From Chrysomallon squamiferum (Eukaryota; Animalia; Mollusca): 64,000 nt of DNA. The notes below the pieces were generated by a model that saw nothing but the letters and a program-made list of their open reading frames with translations, was not told the DNA's origin and did not search any database. Each line of letters begins with the position of its first letter. The first letter of the stretch is position 1. The DNA is taken from positions 10,788,001 to 10,852,000 of the forward strand of contig CM022671.1 of NCBI GenBank assembly GCA_012295275.1, written 5' to 3'. Below are positions 1-15,000 of this stretch, piece by piece. Made by a program: the position numbers and the translations under genes.

Positions 1-3000
1 GTACAACAAACAGAAAAAAACAGAAGACATTCATTACATGGCAATAAACAAACAGAAACAACAGAAGACACATTACAGGAACATGGCAGTACAACAAACA
101 GAAGACATTCATTACAGGAAACATGGCAGTTGAAACAAACAGAAGACATTCATTACAGGAACATGGCAATACAACAAACAGAGAGATTCATTAACAGGAA
201 CATGGCAGTACAAAAAAAGACAGTAATTACAAAACATGGCAACAACAAACAAAAAAGAACATCATTTCACAGGAACATTTTTCAACAAACAAATGTCATT
301 TACAGGAACATGGCACAACAACAAAACATGACATTCATTAAACAAACAACATGGCAGAACATGGTTGTTGTAACAGAAGACATTCATTACAGGAACATGG
401 CAGTACAACAAACAGAAGACACTCATTAAAGGAACATGGCAGTACAACAAACAAAGACATTCATTACACGAACATAGCATTCACAAACAAACAGAAGACA
501 TTCATTATTAGGAACATGGCAGTACAACAAAAACACAGAAGACATTCATTACAGGAACATGGCAGTACCAACAAACAGAAGACATTCATTACAGGAACAT
601 GGCAGTACAACAAACAGAAGACATTCATTACAGGAACATGGCAGTACAACAAACAGAAGACATTCATTACAGGAACATGGCAGTACAAAAAACAGAAGAC
701 ATTCATTACAGGAACATGGCAGTACAACAAACAGAAGACAAGACAATTACAGGAACATGGCAGTACAACAAACAAAAGACACATTCATTACAGAAACATG
801 GCAGTACAACAAACAAGAAGACATTACAGGAGGAACATGGCAGTACAACAAACAGAAGACATTCATTACAGGAACATGGCAGTACAACAAACAGAAGACA
901 TTTCATTACAGGAACATGGCAGTACAAACAAACAGAAGACATTTATTACAGGAACATGGCAGTACAACAAACAGAAGACATTCATGAATTATAGGAACAT
1001 GGCAGTACAACAAACACAACAAACAGAAAGACATTCATTACAACAAACAAAAGACATTCATTACAGGAACATGGCAGTACAACAAACAGAAGACATTCAT
1101 TAAAGGAACATGGCAGTACAACAAACAGAAGACATTCATTATTGGAACATGGCAGTACAACAAACAGAAGAACTCATTAAAGGAATGGCAGTAGTAAACA
1201 GAACAAAAAAGAAGACATTCATTAAAGGAACATGGCAGTACAACAAACACAAAGACATTCATTAAAAGGAACATGGCAGTACAACAAACAGAAGACATTC
1301 ATTAAAGGAACATGGCAGTACAACAAACAGAAGACATTCATTACAGGAACATGGCAGTACAACAAACAGAAGACATTCATTACAGGAACATGGCAGTACA
1401 AAAAAACAGAAGACATTCATTACAGGAACATGAACATGGCAGTACAACAAACAGAAGACATTCATTACAGGAACACATGGAACACAACAAACAGAAGACA
1501 TTCATTAAAGGAACATGGCAGTACAACAAACAGAAGACATTCATTAAAAAGAACATGGCAGTACAACAAACAGAAGACAGTCATTACAGGAACATGGCAT
1601 TACAACAAACAGAAGACATTCATTCATTAAGGAACATGGCAGTACAACAAACAGAAGACATTCATTACAAAAACATGGCAGTACAACAAACAGAAGACAT
1701 TCATTAAAGGAACATGGCAGTTACAAAAAACAGAAGACATTCATTAAAGGAACATGGCATTCAGTACAACAAACAGAAGACATTCATTAAAGGAACATGG
1801 CAGTACAACAAACAGAAGACATTCATTAAAAACATGGCAGTACAACAAACAGAAGACATTCATTACAGGAACATGGCAGTACAACAAACAAAGAAGACAT
1901 TCATTACAGGAAAATGGCAGTACAAAAAAAACAAGACATTCATTACAGGAACATGGCAGTACAAAAAAAAGAAGACATTCATTACAGGAACATGGCAGTA
2001 CAACAACAAACAGAAGACATTCATTACAGGAACATGGCAGTACAAAAAACAGAAGACATTCATTACAAAGGAACATGGCAGTACAACAAAAAAGAAGACA
2101 TTAAAACATGGCAGTACAACAACAGAAGAGAAGACATTCATTACAAAACATGGCATGGCAGTAAACAAACAAAAGAGACATTCATTACAAGGAACATGGC
2201 ATGTACACAACAAAAGAAGACATTCATTACAGAAACATGGCAGTACAACAAAACAGAAGACATTCATTACAGGAACATGGCAATAACAAACAAACAAAAT
2301 TAATTATTCATACAACAACAACACAGAACATTACAAAAAGGAACATGGCAACAAAAACAAAACATTCATTACAGGAACATGGCAGTACAACAAACAGAAG
2401 ACATTCATTACAGGAACATGGCAGTAAAACAAAACAGAAGACATTCATTACAGGAACATGGCAGTACAACAAACAACAAGACATTCATTACAGGAACATG
2501 GCAGTACAAAACAAACAAAAGACATTCATTACAGGAACATGGCAGTACAACAAACAGAAGACACATCATTAAAGGAACATGGTACAACAAACAGAAGACA
2601 TTCATTACAGGAACATGGCAACAACAACAAACAGAATTCATTACAGGAACATGGAACAATTACAACAAAAAAAAAAAACAACAGACATTCATTACAGGAA
2701 CATGGCAGGAACATGGCAGTAAACAAACAGAAGACATTCATTACAGGAACATGGCAGTACAACAAACAGAAGACATTCATTACAGGAACATGGCAGTACA
2801 AAAAACAGAAGACATTTCATTACAGGAACATGGCAGTAGTAAACAAGAGACATTTTATTACAACATGGCAGTACAACAAACAGAAGACATTCATTACAGG
2901 AACATGGCAGTACAAAAAACAACAGAGACATTCATTAAAGGAACATGGCAGTACAAAAAACAGAAGACATTCATTACAGGAACATGGCAGTACAACAAAC

Positions 3001-6000
3001 AGAAGACACAACATTACAGGAACATGGCAGTACAACAAAAAAACAGAAGACAGAATTACAGGAACATGGCAGTACAACAAAAACAAAAGACATTTCATAC
3101 AGGAACATGGCAGTACAAAAAACAGAAGACATTCATTACAAGAACATGGCAGTACAAACAAAGACATTCAAGAAAACATGGCAGTAAAACAACAAAGACA
3201 TTCATTACAGGAACATGGCAGGCAATGGCAAAACAAAAGAAGACATTCATTACAGGAACATGGCAGTACAACAAACAGAAAGACATTCATTACAGGAACA
3301 TGGCAGTAACAACAAAAAAAGACATTCATTATTAAGGAACATGGCAGTACAACAAACAGAAGACATTCATTACAGGAACATGGCAGTACAACAAAAACAA
3401 GAAGACATTCATTAAAGAAATATGGCAGTACAAAACAAAAGAAGACATTCATTACAGGAACATGGCAGTACAACAAACAGAAGACATTCATTACAGGAAC
3501 ATGGCAGTACAACAAACAGAAGACATTCATTACAGGAACATGGCAGTACAACAAACAGAAGACATTCATTACAGGAACATGGCAGTACAAAACAACAGAA
3601 GACATTCATTAACATGGGAACATGGCAAGACAAACAACAAACAGAAGACATTCATTACAGGAACATGGCAGTACAACAAAACAAACAGAAGACATTCATT
3701 ACAGGAAACATGGCAGTACAACAAACAGAAGACACATTCATTACAGGAACATGGCAGAACAAACAAAAAAAGAAAACAACAAACAAAACATGGCATTACA
3801 ACAAACAGAAGATGGCATTACAGGAAACATGGCAGTAAACAAACAGAAGACATTCATTACAGGAACATGGCAGTAACAACAAACAGAAGACATTCATTAC
3901 AGGAACATGGCAGTACAAAAAACAACAAGACATTCATTACAGGAACATGGGCAGTACAACAAACAGAAGACATTCATTACAGGAACATGGCAGTACAACA
4001 AAAAGAAGACATTCATTATTAGGAAACATGGCAGTACAACAAACACAAAAGAAGACATTCATTACAGGAACATGGCAGTACAACAAACATTCATTAAAAC
4101 AAAACAGAAGACATTACAGGAACATGGCAGTACAACAAACAGAAGACATTCATTACAGGAACATGGCAGTACAACAAACAGAAGACATTCATTAAAGAAC
4201 ATGGCAGTTACAACAAACAAAACAAGACATTCATTACAGGAACATGGCAGTACAAAACAAAAGAGAAGACATTCACATGGCAGTACAACAAACAAAGACA
4301 TTCATTATTAAGGAACATGGGCAGTACAACAAACAGAAGACATTCATTAAAGGAACATGGCAGTACAAACAAACAGAAGACATTCATTAAAGGAACATGG
4401 CAGTACAACAAACAGAAGACATTCATTACAGGAACATGGCAGTACAACAAACAGAAGACATTCATTACAGGAACATGGCAGTACAACAAAAAGAAGACAT
4501 TTTCATACAGGAACATGGCAGTACAACAAACAGAAGACAGAAGTCATTACAGGAAAATGGCAGTACAACAAAAACAAGAGACATTCATTAAAGGAACATG
4601 GCAGTACAACAAACAGAAGACATTCATTACAGGAACATGGCAGTACAACAAACACAGAAGACATTCATTAAAGGAACATGGCAGTTCAACAAAAAAACAG
4701 AAGAAGATTCATTACAGGAACATGGCAGTACAACAAACACAGAAGACATTCATTACAGGAACATGGCAGTACAACAAAAGACATTCATTACAGGACATGG
4801 CAGTAAAAAAAACAGAAGACATTCATTAAGGAAACATGGCAGTACAAACAAACAGAGAAGACATTCATTACAGGAACATGGCAGTACAACAAACAGAAGA
4901 CATTCATTAAAGGAACATGGCAGTACAACAAAAAACAGAAGACATTCATTAAAGAACATGGCAGTAAAAAAAAAGAAAGACATTCATTACAGGAACATGG
5001 CAGTACAACAAAAAGAAGACATTCATTACAGGAACATGGCAGTACAACAAACAGAAGACATTCATTACAGGAACATGGCAGTACAACAAAAACAAGACAT
5101 TCATTCATTAGGAACATGGCAGTACAACAAACAAAAGACATTCATTAAAGGAACATGGCAGTACAACAAACAGAAGACATTCATTACAGGAACATGGCAT
5201 TAAACAACAAACAGAAGACACATTCATTACAGGAACATGGCAGTACAACAAACAGAAACACATTCATTACAGGAAACATGGCAGTACAAAAAAAAACAGA
5301 AGACATTCATTAAAGGAACATGGCAGTAAACAAACAAGACATTCATTATTAAGGAACATGGCACAACAACAAACAGAAGACATTCATTACAGGAACATGG
5401 CAGTACAACAAAAACAGAAGACATTCATTACAGGAACATGGCAGTACAACAAACAGAAGACATTCATTACAGGAACATGGCAGTACAACAAACAGAAAGA
5501 CATTCATTACAGGAACATGGCAGTACAACAAACAGAAGACAAATTCATTACAGGAACATGGCAGTACAACAAACAGAAGACATTCATTATTAGGAACATG
5601 GCAGTACAACAAACAGAAGACATTCATTACAGGAACATGGCAGTACAACAAACAGAAGACACTCATTATTACAGGAACATGGCAGTACAAAAAAACAGAA
5701 GACATTCATTAAAGAACATGGCAAACAACAAACAGAAGACATTCATTAAAGGAACATGGCAGTACAACAAACAGAAGACATTCATTACAGGAACATGGCA
5801 GTACAAACAAACAGAAGACATTCATTACAGGAACATGGCAGTACAACAAACAGAAGACATTCATTACAGGAACATGGCAGTACAACAAACAGAAGACATT
5901 CATTACAGGAACATGGCAGTACAACAAACAGAAGACATTCATTACAGGAACATGGCAGTACAAAAAACAGAAGACATTCATTACAGGAACATGGCAGTAC

Positions 6001-9000
6001 AACAAACAGAAGACATTCATTACAGGAACATGGCAGTACAACAAACAGAAGACATTCATTACAGGAACATGGCAGTACAACAAACAAAAGACATTCATTA
6101 AAGGAACATGGCAGTACAAAAACAGAAGACATTCATTACAGGAACATGGCAGTACAACAAACAGAAGACATTCATTATTAAAACATGGCAGTACAAAAAA
6201 ACAGAAGACATTCATTACAGGAACATGGCAGTACAACAAACAGAAGACATTCATTACAGGAACATGGCAGTACAACAAAAACAGAAGACATTCATTACAG
6301 GAACATGGCAGTACAACAAACAAGACAGACAGGAACATTAAAGGAACATGGCAGTACAACAAACAAAAAACAGAGACACATCATTACAACATGGCAACAT
6401 GGCAGTACAACAAACAGAAGACATTCATTACAGGAACATGGCAGTACAACAAACAGAAGACAGTCATTACAGGAACATGGCAGTACAACAAACAGAAGAC
6501 ATTCATTACAGGAACATGGCAGTACAACAAACAGAAGACATTCATTAAAAGGAACATGGCAGTACAACAAACAGAAGACATTCATTACAGGAACATGGCA
6601 GCAGACAACAAACAGAAGACATTCATTACAGGAACATGGCAGTACAACAAAAAGAAGACATTCATTACAGGAACATGGCAGTACAACAAACAGAAGACAT
6701 TCATTATAGGAACATGGCAGTACAACAAACAGAAGACATTCATTACAGGAACATGGCAGTACAACAAACAGAAAGACATTCATTACAGGAACATGGCAGT
6801 ACAACAAACAGAAGACATTCATTACAGGAACATGGCAGTACAACAAACAGAAGACATTCATTACAGGAACATGGCAGTACAACAAACAGAAGAAATTCAT
6901 TATTTACAGGAACATGGCAGTACAAACAAACAGAAGACATTCATTACAGGAACATGGCAGTACAACAAACAGAAGACAGTCATTACAGGAACATGGCAGT
7001 ACAACAAACAGAAGACAGTCATTACAGGAACATGGCAGTACAACAAACAGAAGACAGTCATTACAGGAACATGGCAGTACAACAAACAGAAGACATTCAT
7101 TAAAGGAACATGGCAGTACAAAAACAGAAGAAAATTTATTAAAAGGAACATGGCAGTACAACAAACAAACAGAAGACATTCATTACAGGAACATGGCAGT
7201 ACAACAAACAGAAGACACTTCATTACAGGAACATGGCAGTACAACAAACAGAAGACATTCATTATTAGGAAACATGGCAGTACAACAAAAACAGAAGACA
7301 TTCATTACAGGAACATGGCAGTACAACAAACAGAAGACATTCATTACAGGAACATGGCAGTACAAAAACAAACAGAAGACATTCATTACAGGAACATGGC
7401 AGTACAACAAACAAACAGAAGACACATCATTACAGGAACATGGCAGTACAACAAACAGAAGACATTCATTACAGGAACATGGCAGTACAAAAAACAGAAG
7501 ACATTCATTAAAGGAACATGGCAGTACAACAAACAGAAGACATTCATTACAGGAACATGGCAGTACAAAAAAAACAGAAGACACTCATTACAGGAACATG
7601 GCAGTACAACAAACAGAAGACATTCATTACAGGAACATGGCAGTACAACAAACAGAAGACATTCATTAAAGGAACATGGCAGTACAACAAACAGAAGACA
7701 GTCATTAAAGGAACATGGCAGTACAACAAACAGAAGACATTCATTACAGGAACATGGCAGTACAACAAACAGAAGACATTCATTACAGGAACATGGCAGT
7801 ACAACAAACAGAAGACATTCATTACAGGAACATGGCAGTACAACAAAAACAAGAGACACATCATTACAGGAACATGGCAGTACAACAAACAGAAGACATT
7901 CATTACAGGAACATGGCAGTACAACAAACAGAAGACATTCATTACAGGAACATGGCAGTAACAAACAAACAGAAGACATTCATTACAGGAACATGGCAGT
8001 ACAAACAAACAAGAAGAACATTCATTACAGGAACATGGCAGTACAACAAACAGAAGACATTCATTAAAGGGAACATGGCAGTACAACAAAAACAGAAGAC
8101 ATTCATTACAGGAACATGGCAGTACAACAAACAGAAGACATTCATTACAGGAACATGGCAGTACAACAAACAGAAGACATTCATTACAGGAACATGGCAG
8201 TAACAACAAACAAACAGAAGACATTACAGGAACATGGCAGTACAAAAACAGAAGACATTCATTACAGGAACATGGCAGTACAACAAACAGAAGACATTCA
8301 TTACAGGAACATGGCAGTACAACAAACAGAAGACATTCATTAAAGGAACATGGCAGTACAACAAACAGAAGACATTTCATTACAGGAACATGGCAGTACA
8401 ACAAACAGAAGACATTCATTACAGGAACATGGCAGTACAACAAACAGAAGACATTCATTACAGGAACATGGCAGTACAACAAACAGAAGACATTCATTAC
8501 AGGAACATGGCAGTACAACAAACAGAAGACACTCATTACAGGAACATGGCAGTACAACAAACAGAAGACATTCATTACAGGAACATGGCAGTACAACAAA
8601 CAGAAGACATTCATTACAGGAACATGGCAGTAGTACAACAAACAGAAAGACATTCATTAAAGGAACATGGCAGTACAACAAAACAAAGACATTCATTACA
8701 GGAACATGGCAGTACAACAAACAGAAGACATTCATTACAGGAACATGGCAGTACAACAAACAGAAGACATTCATTACAGGAACATGGCAGTACAACAAAC
8801 AGAAGACATTCATTACAGGAACATGGCAGTACAACAAACAGAAGACATTCATTACAGGAACATGGCAGTAGAAAAAAACAAAAGAAGACATTCATTACAG
8901 GAACATGGCAGTACAACAAACAGAAGACACATTCATTACAGGAACATGGCAGTACAACAAACAGAACACATTCATTAAAGGAACATGGCAGTACAACAAA

Positions 9001-12000
9001 AACAGAAGACATTCATTACAGGAACATGGCAGTACAACAAACAGAAGACATTCATTAAAGGAACATGGCAGTACAACAAACAGAAGACATTCATTATAGG
9101 AACATGGCAGTACAACAAACAGAAGACTTTCATTACAGGAACATGGCAGTACAACAAACAGAAGACATTCATTACAGGAACATGGCAGTACAACAAACAG
9201 AAGACATTCATTACAGGAACATGGCAGTACAACAAACAGAAGACATTCATTACAGGAACATGGCAGTACAACAAACAGAAGACATTCATTAAAGGAACAT
9301 GGCAGTACAACAAACAGAAGACAGTCATTACAGGAACATGGCAGTACAACAAACAGAAGACATTCATTACAGGAACATGGCAGTACAACAAACAGAAGAC
9401 AGTCATTACAGGAACATGGCAGTACAACAAACAGAAGACAGTCATTACAGGAACATGGCAGTACAACAAACAGAAGACAGTCATTACAGGAACATGGCAG
9501 TACAACAAACAGAAGAACATGGCATTCATTACAGGAACATGGCAGTACAACAAACAGAAGACATTCATTACAGGAACATGGCAGTACAACAAACAGAAGA
9601 CATTCATTAAAGGAACATGGCAGTACAACAAACAGAAGACATTCATTAAAGGAACATGGCAGTACAACAAAAGAAAGACATTCATTACAGGAACATGGCA
9701 GTACAACAAAACAGAAGACATTCATTAAAGGAACATGGCAGTACAACAAACAGAAGACATTCATTACAGGAACATGGCAGTACAAAAACAAACAGAAGAC
9801 ATTCTCATTACAGGAACATGGCAGTACAACAAACAGAAGACATTCATTACAGGAACATGGCAGTACAACAAACAAAAGACACATTCATTACAGGAACATG
9901 GCAGTACAACAAACAGAAGACATTCATTACAGGAACATGGCAGTACAACAAAAACAGAAGACATTCATTACAGGAACATGGCAGTACAACAAACAGAAGA
10001 CATTCATTAAAGGAACATGGCAGTACAACAAACAGAAGACATTCATTACAGGAACATGCCAGTACAACAAACAGAAGACATTCATTACAGGAACATGGCA
10101 GTACAAAAAACAGAAGACATTCATTACAGGAACATGGCAGTACAACAAAAACAGAAGACATTCATTACAGGAACATGGCAGTACAACAAACAGAAGACAT
10201 TCATTATTAAAGGAACATGGCAGTACAACAAACAGAAGACATTCATTAAAGGAACATGGCAGTACAACAAACAGAAGACATTCATTACAGGAACATGGCA
10301 GTACAACAAACAGAAGACATTCATTACAGGAACATGGCAGTACAACAAAAACAGAAGACATTCATTACAGGAACATGGCAGTACAACAAACAGAAGACAT
10401 TCATTACAGGAACATGGCAGTACAACAAACAGAAGACATTCATTACAGGAACATGGCAGTACAACAAACAGAAGACATTCATTAAAGGAACATGGCAGGC
10501 ACAAACAGAAACATTCAAACAACATTAAAGGAACATGGAACAGTACAACAAACAGAAGAAGACATTCATTAAAGGAACATGGCAGTACAACAAACAGAAG
10601 ACATTCATTACAGGAACATGGCAGTACAACAAACAGAACACATTCATTACAGGAACATGGCATTACAACAAACAAAGACATTCATTAAAGGAACATGGCA
10701 GTACAACAAACAGAAGACATTCATTAAAGGAACATGGCAGTACAACAAACAGAAGACATTCATTACAGGAACATGGCAGTACAACAAACAGAAGACATTC
10801 ATTAAAGGAACATGGCAGTACAACAAACAGAAACACATTCATTACAGGAACATGGCAGTACAACAAACAGAAGACATTCATTACAGGAACATGGCAGTAC
10901 AACAAACAGAAGACATTCATTACAGGAACATGGCAGTACAACAAACAGAAGACATTCATTACAGGAACATGGCAGTACAAACAAAAAGACAGAAGAACAT
11001 TCATTACAGGAACATGGCAGTACAACAAACAAACAGAAGACATTCATTACAGGAACATGGCAGTACAACAAACAGAAGACATTCATTAAAGGAACATGGC
11101 AGTACAACAAACAGAAGACATTCATTACAGGAACATGGCAGTACAACAAACAGAAGACATTCATTAAAGGAACATGGCAGTACAACAAACAGAAGACATT
11201 CATTACAGGAACATGGCAGTACAACAAACAGAGAAGACATTCATTACAGGAACATGGCAGTACAACAAACAGAAGACATTCATTAAAGGAAACATGGCAG
11301 TACAACAAACAGAAGACATTCATTACAGGAACATGGCAGTACAACAAACAGAAGACATTCATTAATGGCAGGAACATGGCAGTACAACAAACAGAAGACA
11401 TTCATTAAAGGAACATGGCAGTACACAACAAACAGAAGACATTCATTACAGGAACATGGCAGTACAACAAACAGAAGACATTCATTACAGGAACATGGCA
11501 ATACAAACAAACAGAAGACATTCATTACAGGAACATGGCAGTACAACAAACAGAAGACATTCATTACAGGAACATGGCAGTACAACAAACAGAAGACATT
11601 CATTACAGGAACATGGCAGTACAACAAACAGAAGACATTCATTATTCATTACATGGCATGGCATACAACAAACAAAAGACATTCATTACAGGAACATGGC
11701 AGTACAACAAACAGAAAGAAACATTCATTAAAGGAACATGGCAGTACAACAAACAGAAGACATTCATTAAAGGAACATGGCAGTACAACAAACAGAAGAC
11801 ATTCATTACAGGAACATGGCAGTACAAAAAACAGAAGACATTCATTACAGGAACATGGCAGTACAACAAAACAGAAGACATTCATTAAAGGAACATGGCA
11901 GTACAACAAAAACAGAAGACATTCATTACAGGAACATGGCAGTACAACAAACAGAAGACATTCATTACAGGAACATGGCAGTACAACAAACAGAAGACAT

Positions 12001-15000
12001 TCATTACAGGAACATGGCAGTACAACAAAACAGAAGACATTCATTACAGGAACATGGCAGTACAACAAACAGAAGACATTCATTACAGGAACATGGCAGT
12101 ACAACAAACAGAAGACATTCATTAAAGGAACATGGCAGTACAACAAACAGAAGACATTCATTACAGGAACATGGCAGTACAACAAAACAGAAGACATTCA
12201 TTAAAGGAACATGGCAGTACAACAAACAGAAGACATTCATTACAGGAACATGGCAGTACAACAAACAGAAGACATTCATTACAGGAACATGGCAGTACAA
12301 CAAACAGAAGACATTCATTAAAGGAACATGGCAGTACAACAAACAGAAGACATTCATTACAGGAACATGGCAGTACAACAAACAGAAGACACTCATTACA
12401 GGTACATCCCAGTACAAGAAACAGAAGACTTTCTTTACAGGAACATGGCAATACAACAAACAGAAGACATTCATTACAGGAACATGGCAGTACAACAAAA
12501 CAAGACATTCATTACAGGAACATGGCAGTACAACAAACAGAAGACATTCATTAAAGGAACATGGCAGTACAAACAAACAGAAGACATTCATTACAGGAAC
12601 ATGGCTGTACAAGAAACAGAAGACATTGATTACAGGAACATGGCAGCACAACAAACAGAAGACATTCATTACAGGAACATGGCTGTACAACAAACAGAAG
12701 ACATTCATTACAGGAACATGGCAGTACAACAAACAGAAGACATTCATTACAGGAACATGGCAGTACAACAAACAGAAGACATTCATTAAAGGAACATGGC
12801 AGTACAACAAACAGAAGACATTCATTACAGGAACATGGCAGTACAAAAAAGACATTCATTAAAGGAACATGGCATTACAGGAAACATGGACATTCATTAC
12901 AGGAACATGGCAGAAGAACAGAAGACATTCATTACACAGGAACATGGCAGTACAACAAAAACAGAAGACATTCATTACAGGAACATGGCAGTACAACAAA
13001 CAGAAGACATTCATTAAATTTAACAAACAGAACATTCATTACAGGAACATGGCAGCACAAAAACAGAAACATTTATTACAGGAATATGGCAGTACAACAA
13101 ACAGAAGACATTCATTACAGGAACATGGCAGTACAACAAACAGAAGACATTCATTACAGGAACATGGCAGTACAACAAACAGAAGACATTCATTACAGGA
13201 ACATGGCAGTACAACAAACAGAAGACATTCATTACAGGAACATGGCAGTACAACAAACAGAAGACATTCATTCATTACAGGAACATGGCAGTACAACAAA
13301 CAGAAGACATTCATTACAGGAACATGGCAGTACAACAAACAGAAGACATTCATTAAAGGAACATGGCAGTACAACAAACAGAAGACATTCATTAAAGGAA
13401 CATGGCAGTACAACAAACAGAAGACATTCATTGCAGGAACATGGCAGTACAACAAACGGAAGACAGTCATTAGAGGAACATAGCAGTACAACAACAGAAG
13501 ACATTCATTACAGTAACATGGCAGTAGAGCAAAGAGAAGACATTCATTAAAGGACCATGGCAGTACAACAAACAGAAGACAGTCATTACAGGAACATGGC
13601 AGTACAACAAACAGAAGACAGTCATTACAGGAACATGGCAGTACAACAAACAGAAGACAGTCATTACAGGAACATGGCAGTACAACAAACAGAAGACAGT
13701 CATTACAGGAACATGGCAGTACAACAAACAACAAACAGAGACATTCATTACAGGAACATGGCAGTACAACAAACAGAAGACAGTCATTACAGGAACATGG
13801 CAGTACAACAAACAGAAGACATTCATTACAGGAACATGGCAGTACAACAAACAGAAGACATTCATTACAGGAACATGGCAGTACAACAAACAGAAGACAT
13901 TCATTACAGGAACATGGCAGTACAACAAAACAGAAGACATTCATTACAGGAACATGGCAGTACAACAAAAACAGAAGACATTCATTAACATGGCAGTCCA
14001 TGGCAGAACAACAAACAAACAGAAGACATTCATTACAGGAACATGGCAGTACAACAAACAGAAGACAGTCATTACAGGAACATGGCAGTACAACAAACAG
14101 AAGACATTCATTACAGGAACATGGCAGTACAACAAACAGAAGACAGTCATTACAGGAACATGGCAGTACAACAAACAGAAGACATTCATTACAGGATATG
14201 GCAGTACAACAAACAGAAGACATTCATTACAGGAACATGGCAGTACAACAAACAGAAGACACTCATTACAGGAACATGGCAGTACAACAAACAGAAGACA
14301 TTCATTACAGGAACATGGCAGTACAACAAACAGAAGACATTCATTACAGGAACATGGCAGTACAACAAACAGAAGACATTCATTAAAGGAACATGGCAGT
14401 ACAACAAACAGAAGACATTCATTACAGGAACATGGCAGTACAACAAACAGAAGACATTCATTACAGGAACATGGCAGTACAACAAACAGAAGACATTCAT
14501 TACAGGAACATGGCAAACACAAAAAAACAGAACACATTCATTACAGGAACATGGCAACACAAACAAACAAACAAGACATTCATTACAGGAACATGGCAGT
14601 ACACAAAAACAGAAGACATTCATTACAGGAACATGGCAGTACAACAAACAGAAGACATTCATTACAGGAACATGGCAGTAAACAAACAGAAGACATTCAT
14701 TACAGGAACATGGCAGTACAACAAACAGAAGACATTCATTAAAACAACATGGCAGTACAACAAACAGAAGACATTCATTACAGGAACATGGCAGTACAAC
14801 AAACAGAAGACATTCATTAAAGGAACATGGCAGTACACAACAAACAGAAAGACATCATTAATTACAGGAACATGGCAGTACAACAAACAGAAGACATTCA
14901 TTACAGGAACATGGCAGTACAACAAACAGAAGACATTCATTAAAGGAACATGGCAGTACAACAAAACGAAGACATTCATTACAGGAACATGGCAGTACAA

